NCBI GenBank assembly: GCA_031266635.1
Contig: JAISAN010000101.1
Coordinates: 1-35,160 of the forward strand
Direction of reading: 5' to 3'
Source of the DNA: Treponema sp.
GTDB taxonomy: Bacteria > Spirochaetota > Spirochaetia > Treponematales > Breznakiellaceae
DNA: 35,160 nucleotides
Below are positions 17,129 through 24,793 of the stretch, piece after piece. Each line of letters begins with the position of its first letter. Position 1 is the first letter of the stretch. The notes beneath the pieces were generated by a model, which was not told the DNA's origin, did no database searches, and saw only the letters and a list, made by a program, of their open reading frames with translations. The position numbers were made by a program, and so were the translations under genes.

Positions 17129-18625
17129 TTAATTTATGCCCAGTTCCCGAATCAAATCCGGCCCCGCTATAAGGAACGATCCGTAAGCCGGGGGAGAATC
17201 CGATCCATCATACTGTTCACCGTCCCGGGTGAGATATGATTCGGTCCAGGGCATGGAAAAGCCCCGCCGCCGGTGGTAGTGGTTGTAAACAGTCTCAAAT
17301 GCGGGTTTCCCGCTTCCCCGGCTCCCGGAACCGGGCGACCCTACCCCGATAAGATTGCCGTAAATATTTTCCGGGTTGTGACCTGAAACATCATCCCAGT
17401 TGGGATCGAAATAGTACCACGCGCTGTAGGGATCAAATTCCATAGGCGTGTGGGTCCAGTTGTTGTCCCCGGTATTGTACCGGGCGGTAAATTCACTGCC
17501 CTTCCACAGCGAGCTGTCAAAGGCCGTGTATACATCATCACCCTGTTTGTATGCCATCTCGCACACCATGCCCAGCTTCATAATGCCCAATACGGCATGC
17601 CCCTGATCCCGTTTGGTTTCCTGGGTCTGGCCGGTTACGGGGTGGACGTAATTGGCGAGGTTGCCGTTGTCAAAACCGCCCAGCCAGAAATTCAGGGATT
17701 TGTTGTACATTTCCTGATCATCAAGAAAAATCGCCATCCCCATATAGGCCGACGTAACGATAAGGCCGACGTTTCCCTGGGTGTTCGGCGTAATGGCGTA
17801 AAACCGTTCCATGCTCTCGATCCAGACATTCCGCATGGAATTTTCGATGTTCACAAACTGGCGGGCAGTCAGTCCCGAGCTTTTGTGGTTCACCGTATCC
17901 TTGCCGTGTTTCAGGAGTTCCGCGGCGCAGGCGAATACCGCGCCCTGTAGACCGGTCATAAGCCGGTAATCCCCGGTACCGCCGTCCTTCAGGCCCCTGG
18001 CAGTCTGGGAATAGGCGTCCAGGATCTCAAAAGATTTCATGGCATGCCGTTTATCCCCCGTAAGCATCCACATCAGGGCGTTGAGATACGCGGCCTGGAA
18101 ATCGGTTTCAATATTGGTTTTGTTGCTGCCGTACACCCCGTCCCGGGCAAGGTACACGTAGGGGCCTTTTAAAGTGTAGGTGTGCTGGGCGCTGCTGTTG
18201 GCTCTGAGGCTGTTCCAGGAACTCCGGGCCCGGTATTCGGCATAGCCCCTGCGGTTCCCGGCCTTGAGTTCCCGCCAGGCCGCCCATTTTTCCGGTTCCA
18301 CCACCGATTCATTGGTGTTAAAGTCCTGTCCCGAAGCCGTCGCCGGATTTAATTCCGCCGCCGGATCGGCGGGCGGCGTGGCGGGAGTTACGGCCTGTGA
18401 TATATCGGTTACGGCCGTATACACTCCATCCCCGTCATTGTCGGTCCACTCAATAATGCCTTCCCACCGGTCAATCAGTTTTCTAAGGGCCTCCATATCT
18501 TCCTGGGTATGAAGTACGCCCGGATGGAGAAATCCGTTCCGGGGCGTATACCCCGTGGGACTCATTTTGCATCCTGAAAACAGAATAAGGGCAGGTAGAA
18601 GCAGCGCCGGTATAATTTTTTTCAT
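17129..18625 (-). CDS. Alginate-lyase-fold (alpha/alpha toroid) lipoprotein, paralog 2
   Basis: 498 aa. Lipobox LFSG-C. QETKRDQGHAVLG matches QESGRDQGHATLC of paralog 1, and FQAAYLNALMWMLTGD matches AAAAYQLALRWRISGD. It carries an extra DNDGDG-containing insert. Confidence 0.6.
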   Translation of the reverse strand: MKKIIPALLLPALILFSGCKMSPTGYTPRNGFLHPGVLHTQEDMEALRKLIDRWEGIIEWTDNDGDGVYTAVTDISQAVTPATPPADPAAELNPATASGQDFNTNESVVEPEKWAAWRELKAGNRRGYAEYRARSSWNSLRANSSAQHTYTLKGPYVYLARDGVYGSNKTNIETDFQAAYLNALMWMLTGDKRHAMKSFEILDAYSQTARGLKDGGTGDYRLMTGLQGAVFACAAELLKHGKDTVNHKSSGLTARQFVNIENSMRNVWIESMERFYAITPNTQGNVGLIVTSAYMGMAIFLDDQEMYNKSLNFWLGGFDNGNLANYVHPVTGQTQETKRDQGHAVLGIMKLGMVCEMAYKQGDDVYTAFDSSLWKGSEFTARYNTGDNNWTHTPMEFDPYSAWYYFDPNWDDVSGHNPENIYGNLIGVGSPGSGSRGSGKPAFETVYNHYHRRRGFSMPWTESYLTRDGEQYDGSDSPPAYGSFLIAGPDLIRELGIN

Positions 18626-18650
18626 ATATGCCTCCTGTATACCCTCATGT

Positions 18651-20024
18651 TTAGAAACCCAGGTGGAAATAAACAGGGATAGTAATCAGGGTGTCCAGTT
18701 TACTGGGGCCCGACCGGTCTACCCCCAGCCCTTCACCGCCCGCATAGGAAATGCCGGCCCTGATGTAGCAGTCGGCGTTTACAAAATTCCACTGCGCATA
18801 AGCGCCGAAGCCGTATTTCACGCCCCCCTTCTTGTTGAGCCTGTCGTAATAATTCTCATCGCCGTAAATTTCAATACCCCCGTCGCCGGCAACGCTAAAG
18901 CGGTCGTTGAATTTATAGGAAGGGGAAAAATAAATTTTCGTTACCGGGGCCATGTCTGTTCTGCCGCTGCCGGTAGGTTCGCTGTATCCGCCGAAGCTGA
19001 ACTCGCCGCCGCCGCGCAGGGACAGATCAAAACCAAAATCGTACTGTATCCCCAAAGACACCCGGTGGGGTTCAAGGTAATTCCCCACGGTAATTCTTGG
19101 TTCGTAATAGACAATCTCGCCTGAGTCATTAAGAGCGGGAACCAGGACAGTGGGGTCCATAACAAGGAGGGACAAGGTTCCGCCCAATTCCGCGGTTAAA
19201 CCGGGCAAGCCGGTATAGGCAAAGGCCGCCTGAAAGCGGGGGCCGTTGTTGCTGTCGTTATTATCGCTGTCGGCAATCTTTCTGGTGTTGGGGGCGGGAT
19301 GAACGCCGATGTACTGAAACCGCGCGGAACCGATATTGGGAATATCGTAACCCACGGCGGCCTGAATATTTTCAAGCATATATTTCGCTTCCGTATAGCC
19401 ACCGTATATGCCCCGGTTATTGGCGCTGTTGGCTTCGATAATGTTGTACATCATGGCTCCCAGGTAGAGGTTTTTCAGGGCCGGAACCAAATCGCCGAAG
19501 GGACCGGGAAATTCCAGGGCTATGGCGTCCCTGCCCTCAAACCTGGTGAAAATACTGTCCGTGCCGCCATCCCCAACGCCAAGGTAATCCCCCCAGTTAA
19601 AGCCCTCCACCTTGCCGCGGAGGGTGTCAATGTTAAAGCGGCCCACGTCTATTTTGAACCACTCAAAGGGCCTGTACCATCCGTAGAACATATCCAGTTC
19701 GATGCTGTCAATAAAGTTGAGAATGTCCTGCTGCCGGTTGTCATACCACCAGGGGTAGAGGGCGATTTCCGCATAAAGCCCCACCGTATCCTTCAAGTCG
19801 GCGGTGAAGGTGAGGCTTAACTTGCTCCGGTTGTCGTTATTTCCCCCAAAGCCGCTTACCACGATAGGGTCCCCTATGGGCGTCCATTCGGGGTCATCCC
19901 GATCCACATAGTCAATAACCTGAACCATCGCCGCCGCTTCCATCCCGCCGCCGACAGAAATTTCGGCAAAAACTTCCCCCGCTGTTATCAAACATACAAC
20001 CAATACCAACATTAATTTTTTCAT
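18651..20024 (-). CDS. Putative outer-membrane beta-barrel (porin-like) protein
   Basis: 457 aa. Cleavable signal (VFA-EIS). Gly/Tyr/Asp-rich with alternating hydrophobic stretches. C-terminal YFHLGF ends in Phe, as in many OMP beta-signals. Confidence 0.55.
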   Translation of the reverse strand: MKKLMLVLVVCLITAGEVFAEISVGGGMEAAAMVQVIDYVDRDDPEWTPIGDPIVVSGFGGNNDNRSKLSLTFTADLKDTVGLYAEIALYPWWYDNRQQDILNFIDSIELDMFYGWYRPFEWFKIDVGRFNIDTLRGKVEGFNWGDYLGVGDGGTDSIFTRFEGRDAIALEFPGPFGDLVPALKNLYLGAMMYNIIEANSANNRGIYGGYTEAKYMLENIQAAVGYDIPNIGSARFQYIGVHPAPNTRKIADSDNNDSNNGPRFQAAFAYTGLPGLTAELGGTLSLLVMDPTVLVPALNDSGEIVYYEPRITVGNYLEPHRVSLGIQYDFGFDLSLRGGGEFSFGGYSEPTGSGRTDMAPVTKIYFSPSYKFNDRFSVAGDGGIEIYGDENYYDRLNKKGGVKYGFGAYAQWNFVNADCYIRAGISYAGGEGLGVDRSGPSKLDTLITIPVYFHLGF

Positions 20025-20110
20025 TTACTTTTCCCGCTCCTTTCGATTTTTGAGAGAAGCCGCCAACGGCTGCCCGAACCCCTCATAAATAAGACCACAA
20101 AGGCCGTTCC

Positions 20111-20794
20111 TCATTTGTAAATAAAGAAATCAAAATCAACGATTTCGCACCAATACTGGCTTGCTGTAGAGGTATTAACAGCCGAGCGCATATCAAAATT
20201 CAACATCCGCAACTGGTTGTAATCAAAATTGTCCGGGTTGTTATCCGGGTAATCGCTCAGGGCCTCGACATTTTTTACCGCTTTGTAAAAGGGAACCACA
20301 ATTTCCTTGTAGTTTGTTGGATTTGCGGCTCCGGCTTCGTAATCGTGGGCCTTAAACCCTACGCCCCAGACGGCCCAGCGGTAGGAAAAATCAAGAAATT
20401 TAACGGTAACTTCGGTACAATTGGTACGATATTTGAAGACAATGCCATCATAGGCACTGGCGTCGAAGGGTACCCCCCTGATATCAAGATCGCCGTCAAT
20501 GTTCCATACCCGCACGCCGTCATAGGGCCTCCCCTCCGCATCGCCGGCAGCCGTCGCGTTGGTACTGTCCAGTCTCCAGGTTTCCCCGGAGTCGGCTTCG
20601 TTCGGGACCAGCCAGCCGCAGTCGTTCCCGTGATTCGCCATAGCTTTGGCGCCGATTGAAAAGACATCGCTCAGATTAACCGGAATCCGCTCAATCTCAC
20701 TGCCCGGCACTTCACCGCAGCCTGAAAAAACCAAGGTGAACGCTAGCGCCGCTATTACGAACAGCCGCCCCGTCATCCCTATTGTTTTTTTCAT
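20111..20794 (-). CDS. Lipoprotein of unknown function (possible beta-sandwich / CBM-like)
   Basis: 227 aa. Lipobox VFSG-C. Aromatic-rich sequence with no recognisable catalytic motif. RBS AGGAGG 6 nt upstream of the ATG. Confidence 0.5.
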   Translation of the reverse strand: MKKTIGMTGRLFVIAALAFTLVFSGCGEVPGSEIERIPVNLSDVFSIGAKAMANHGNDCGWLVPNEADSGETWRLDSTNATAAGDAEGRPYDGVRVWNIDGDLDIRGVPFDASAYDGIVFKYRTNCTEVTVKFLDFSYRWAVWGVGFKAHDYEAGAANPTNYKEIVVPFYKAVKNVEALSDYPDNNPDNFDYNQLRMLNFDMRSAVNTSTASQYWCEIVDFDFFIYK

Positions 20795-20944
20795 AAAAAC
20801 CTCCTGATTACCGTTTTCATAAATTTCATAGGCGGAAGCTTTTTAGTTCCCGCTGTAAGAAGATTTATCACTGGAATTCAGGCGGTGTATACTGACAATT
20901 TTTAACAAAATTCAAAAATGTTAAAAAACAAACCATGGCGGGAA

Positions 20945-20984
20945 GTTCGAATTTTAACACTCCCGGGAGCGTTAAAATTCGAAC
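20945..20984. repeat. Perfect 14-bp-stem palindromic unit B6 (GTTCGAATTTTAAC / GTTAAAATTCGAAC)
   Basis: Arms 20945-20958 and 20971-20984 are exact reverse complements, with an inner CTC/GAG extension. It lies in the gap after the SBP2 stop. On the minus strand it is followed by a T-rich stretch. Confidence 0.7.
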
Positions 20985-20998
20985 CAGAGAGGGGACCT

Positions 20999-22642
20999 TT
21001 AACTGTCCAGATAATCCTGAACCTGGCGGACGATTGCATCCTTGACTTTGGCAAGCCCGGCGGCTTCCATTTGACGGTTCATTTCCCGGAGGATCGCGGC
21101 GGGGTCTTCGTAGGCTCCACATAACAGGGCGTTATGGTACTTTTTTAATATGACCCGGATATTTGCCAGCTCGCTGATAATTTCCCGGTCATCGAGGACA
21201 AAATCTGAAACCGGTATACGGGTAAAGGCATCGGGGGCATACTGATATTCAAACAGGCTTCTCACGTCCTCAGGCAGCCCCGCGGGAATACGGATAAAAC
21301 GGGGGTTCCAGGTTAATTCATAGCCGGGGAACAGATACCGATCCGCCTCGGAAAGCAGGGGATTCGGAACCGGTGTGGATGAATCATCCGCCATATTCCA
21401 GTGAACACCCCTGATACCGTATGAAAACAAATCGTTATGTTCCCGGGATTCAAAAACCCAATTCAAAAATTCAAAAACCTTTTCCGTTTTAGAGGAATTC
21501 CGGGGAACGCATAAATAATTCCACGCCCGGAACGACAGGGCGATGCTTCCCTTTTCCCGGTTCCTGGCGGCCTCAATGTACGGCCAGAAAGCGATCGACG
21601 CCTGGGGCAGATGGGTTTTCAGGGTATTTTGCCACCGGCTGAATTCGCTGACCGCTCCTTCTCCGGCGGCGGCAAAACCATTAAAAAACAGGGGACCCGC
21701 CTGTTCCCGCATCACCGAATCTTCGCTCACATAGACGTTCCACTTTGCCGCCTCCAGAAAATAACGGTTGAAACCCTCAAAGGTATTATATGGGTTGGGA
21801 TAGGCCGTATAGGAGTCTTCGGGATCGCCGTAGGCCGATACGCCGGTTACCCGCTTCCCATCGGACGAAAGTCCCACAAAAAACAGTTCCCTGACGCCGC
21901 CAATGATGCCTTCTATTGGGTAAATACCTTTCGCCGCCATGTCCCAGGTTGCGTCAAACATCATATAAAAACCCCGGTTGTTTTGTATGGATATGGGAAT
22001 CATACCTTTTTCTTCCCGCAATATGGTTTCAAAAAAAAAGCGGAGATCATCGTAGCTTTGTATCGTAATGCCGTAGGCGTCGGCCAGGTCTTTCCGGTAA
22101 TAGATACCGGGAATATCCAGCGGCGCGTTCATAATGGGGATGCCATAGATACCGCCGAAAAAATGGTTGCTGTCAAGAAAGGCGGGAGGAAAGGCTGAGC
22201 GGAGGCTCGAAAGGGCAGGATTGTCAAAATAACCGCTCAGTTCCTTGTAAACATTTTTTTGTATCAGAGAATTCAGATTCATCCAGGGTGCGTTAAAAAC
22301 CAGATCCGCTTCGGTACCGGTACTGGCAATCAAGGCTATCCGTTCCAGGTAGTCATCCCGGAGCATGGTATGAATCCGGATATCGATATTCAGCGTTTCC
22401 CTGGTTTGTTGTTCAAATTCCGCTATCACCTGATCCACATTCCGGTAGGTTTCATTGGAAGCGAACATATATATATTGATAACCGTTGCCTCCCCACCGG
22501 ATTGAAGGGGACTTTTTCCGCCGCATGAAAACAGGTGGAGAAAAAGGGCGCAAAACGCCGCAGCCGGAACCCACGCCGCCGGAAGGGGAATCCGCTTTGC
22601 GAAACGTAATTTATGTGACATTTTCCGCATTATGTTTTCCAT
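20999..22642 (-). CDS. Large extracellular solute-binding lipoprotein (SBP2), paralog of SBP1
   Basis: Start is uncertain (ATGs at 22669, 22663, 22642, 22630, 22621). All choices overlap the 3-prime end of the regulator gene. Lipobox HLFS-C. DUF3502-like C-terminus (VKDAIVRQVQDYLDS). Confidence 0.8.
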   Translation of the reverse strand: MENIMRKMSHKLRFAKRIPLPAAWVPAAAFCALFLHLFSCGGKSPLQSGGEATVINIYMFASNETYRNVDQVIAEFEQQTRETLNIDIRIHTMLRDDYLERIALIASTGTEADLVFNAPWMNLNSLIQKNVYKELSGYFDNPALSSLRSAFPPAFLDSNHFFGGIYGIPIMNAPLDIPGIYYRKDLADAYGITIQSYDDLRFFFETILREEKGMIPISIQNNRGFYMMFDATWDMAAKGIYPIEGIIGGVRELFFVGLSSDGKRVTGVSAYGDPEDSYTAYPNPYNTFEGFNRYFLEAAKWNVYVSEDSVMREQAGPLFFNGFAAAGEGAVSEFSRWQNTLKTHLPQASIAFWPYIEAARNREKGSIALSFRAWNYLCVPRNSSKTEKVFEFLNWVFESREHNDLFSYGIRGVHWNMADDSSTPVPNPLLSEADRYLFPGYELTWNPRFIRIPAGLPEDVRSLFEYQYAPDAFTRIPVSDFVLDDREIISELANIRVILKKYHNALLCGAYEDPAAILREMNRQMEAAGLAKVKDAIVRQVQDYLDS

Positions 22643-24197
22643 AATTATCACTACTCCCTCCATCGCCATATTTTTTACGGTACATTTCAGCGGTCAGCCC
22701 GGTAGACTGCTTAAAAATCACATAAAAATGTTTGGCGTTGAGAAAACCGGCCCGTTCCACGATTTCATGGACATGCATATTCGTCTCGACCAGCATCTTT
22801 TTAACATATTCCAGCCTCGTATCGGTCAGGTATTTGGAAAGGGATATGCCCTTGACGGCCTTAAAAATGGCCCGCAGATAATTGGGGGACAGGCCGATAT
22901 GTTCGGCAATCGTTTCTATGCTTATAGTGCCGTTTGAAAAATTACGGTTAATATAATCGGCGGCCATTTGTACCCATTCGTTTTTTCGGGTTTCAGAAAC
23001 CGCCACCGCCCTGGCCTTCATTTCGGCAAAACGTTCAATACCGGATTCGAGTTTTTGTACGGTCGATACAAGGTCAAGATATTCATGCCGCAGGTCATCG
23101 TAGACCTTCATGGAAAGGTTCAGATCTTTTTGGTTTTTTATATCATTGACGGTCCGCATGAGATCATACAGCGGGGTATACATATACTTGGATAGAAAAA
23201 AGGATATAACCAGGCTGGCCAGCATAAACAGAACGCTGATAACCGTCATAACGGTTTGTATTCTGTTGAAATTGGCGAGCAGCTCCGCTTTATTGCCAAG
23301 GCCGATAAACACCCAGCCCAGAGACGGGGATTTTTTATAGGTAACGAGGTAATCCGTTACCCCCCCCCCCCCTCCCCCCCGTCCGGGGTGGTACGTAAAG
23401 GAATCGTTCGCAAGTCCTGAACCGGTAATCATGCGGTACAGCTCATCTTCACACAGGTTTTTGTTTATCATGTCCGGATCGGAATCGCTGATAATAACGC
23501 CATTCCGGTCAATCACCAGGGTTGCATGTCCTTTGTCAAACAGGGGACCTTCGATTAACTTTTGAAAATACCCCTGATCAATATTGACAATAAATGCCGG
23601 CGTGCTCATACCGCGGTTCAGGCCAAAAAAAACGCTGATCCAGTTTTCATCTACCGTAAACGCTCCGTAGGTATCGGTAAACTTGACCTTTCTGGACAAA
23701 AAAACCGGCTTTTCATTTTGATCTTCCACCATCAGTACCGCATCACGATCAAACATTTCCGCCCGTCCGGCAATGCCGGCGGCGCCGTTAAAGCAGTAAA
23801 AAAAGGCGTCCTCGCCGGGGTTGTAAATGTACAGGGAACGGACCAGCCTGTTGCTTTTCACTTCCTCTCGCAGCCGCGCAAAGATCATCATATAGTCATC
23901 GGATTTTCGTAAAGCCTCGCCGTACATGGCTTTTATTATCACGTCATCGCTTGAATACACCTGAAACAAACGGTTATAGAGCGACTCAAAGAGCAGTTCG
24001 GTGATGCTGTAAGACTGTTCCATGTATTGCCGCGATTTTTCTTCGATTTCCTGTATATACTGCCCCTTGATTATCCCCATAATCAGACCGGATACCAGAA
24101 ACATAACAAAAGCGCCGACCACAAAAAACAGCAACATCGTGCGGAAAATGAGGGAATTCTTTTTAATATACTGAAACGCCCGGGCAACAAACGGCAT
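22611..24197 (-). CDS. Membrane-anchored AraC-family one-component regulator (TM - extracytoplasmic Cache-like sensor - TM - HTH)
   Basis: Start set to ATG 24197 (MPFVARAFQYIKK...). The GTG-extended ORF to 24281 reads through repeat B3. Two hydrophobic segments (LLFFVVGAFVMFLVSGLIMGII and VMTVISVLFMLASLVISFFL). C-terminal AraC HTH (IETIAEHIGLSPNYLRAIFK...KHFYVIFKQSTGLTAEMYRKKY). Confidence 0.8.
   Translation of the reverse strand: MPFVARAFQYIKKNSLIFRTMLLFFVVGAFVMFLVSGLIMGIIKGQYIQEIEEKSRQYMEQSYSITELLFESLYNRLFQVYSSDDVIIKAMYGEALRKSDDYMMIFARLREEVKSNRLVRSLYIYNPGEDAFFYCFNGAAGIAGRAEMFDRDAVLMVEDQNEKPVFLSRKVKFTDTYGAFTVDENWISVFFGLNRGMSTPAFIVNIDQGYFQKLIEGPLFDKGHATLVIDRNGVIISDSDPDMINKNLCEDELYRMITGSGLANDSFTYHPGRGGGGGGVTDYLVTYKKSPSLGWVFIGLGNKAELLANFNRIQTVMTVISVLFMLASLVISFFLSKYMYTPLYDLMRTVNDIKNQKDLNLSMKVYDDLRHEYLDLVSTVQKLESGIERFAEMKARAVAVSETRKNEWVQMAADYINRNFSNGTISIETIAEHIGLSPNYLRAIFKAVKGISLSKYLTDTRLEYVKKMLVETNMHVHEIVERAGFLNAKHFYVIFKQSTGLTAEMYRKKYGDGGSSDNYGKHNAENVT
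23360..23380 (-). repeat. Homopolymer tract inside the regulator CDS: C13-T-C7 on plus strand (G7-A-G13 on coding strand)
   Basis: Read directly: 23360-23372 are all C, 23373 is T, 23374-23380 are all C. It encodes the R-G-G-G-G-G-G stretch (PGRGGGGGGV) in the predicted sensor domain. Confidence 0.95.
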
Positions 24198-24228
24198 AAG
24201 TCCCCATCCGAAAATTTTTCTTACACTA

Positions 24229-24334
24229 GACTTGTTCGACAACCCGGTTGGTTGTCTCACAAGTCTTACAAAATGCCTCACATTTTGCGGTTTTCAGCGG
24301 AAGTTGTTCGGAAACTTGAGGTTTCCGAACAGCT
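24229..24334 (-). repeat. BIME/REP-like composite repeat B3 (inverted orientation, divergent stems)
   Basis: Three hairpins in the same order as B1/B2 when read on the minus strand. 24229-24265 has loop CCGGTTG, 24268-24286 is CAAAATG/CATTTTG, and 24302-24334 has GTTCGGAAAC/GTTTCCGAAC arms. Confidence 0.75.
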
Positions 24335-24339
24335 CTACT

Positions 24340-24348
24340 ATTATAGCA
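24340..24348 (-). promoter_or_regulatory. Candidate extended -10 promoter element (TGCTATAAT on minus strand) upstream of the regulator
   Basis: The reverse complement of 24340-24348 is TGCTATAAT, which fits TGnTATAAT. No convincing -35 was seen. It would place repeat B3 in the 5-prime UTR of the regulator mRNA. Confidence 0.3.
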
Positions 24349-24430
24349 CATAAAAAGAATTTAACGGCTTTTTACGTGGTAATTTTGAGGATTTTTTCAA
24401 AACCCGGTTGTTTTTGCATGTCAAATTTTA

Positions 24431-24447
24431 TGAGAGACGCGGGACTC
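24431..24447 (-). repeat. 17-bp direct repeat of the 3-prime end of tRNA-Arg (att-like)
   Basis: TGAGAGACGCGGGACTC at 24431-24447 is identical to 24637-24653, which covers the discriminator, the 3-prime acceptor strand and part of the T-stem of the tRNA on the minus strand. Confidence 0.9.
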
Positions 24448-24475
24448 CCCTCCGGCGCCGGACTTCCTGTCCTCC

Positions 24476-24583
24476 GCCTCCGGGCCGCCTTTTTGGCTAA
24501 ACCGCCATCCCTGGCGCTTTACCTCCACAAGCCTCCCGGCTTGTGAAGGCCGCCAAAAAGGTTCGAGTCCCGCTTTGGACGGG
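24476..24583 (+). repeat. RepA copy 2
   Basis: 108 bp, 7 mismatches to 483-590, same orientation. It lies between the 17-bp att-like repeat and the tRNA-Arg gene. Confidence 0.8.
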
Positions 24584-24636
24584 TCATGGCTGCTTTTGGA
24601 GAGTATGTCTAACAGATACCGCAGGATAAAAAATGT

Positions 24637-24710
<74 letters not shown>

Positions 24711-24793
24711 TGTAACCTTTATACCATAACTGAATAACTCAAAGCTGTCAACCGCCCGCCCGCAATGTCTCATTATAAAAATCTTACCTAAAT

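Noticed and set aside
854-24197. Base-composition difference between the accessory locus and the core as evidence of horizontal transfer
   Set aside because: Spot counts of single 60-nt lines ranged from about 38 to 58 percent GC inside the locus, against about 60 percent in uppS. That is too heterogeneous and too sparsely sampled by eye, and it needs a computed sliding window.
24476-24583. RepA as a genuine tRNA or tmRNA gene, because of GGTTCGAGTCCCGC
   Set aside because: The bases 5-prime of the T-loop (AAAGG) cannot pair with CCCGC to form a T-stem. No complementary 5-prime acceptor strand exists. No anticodon arm can be drawn. Only the T-loop-like 14-mer is tRNA-like.
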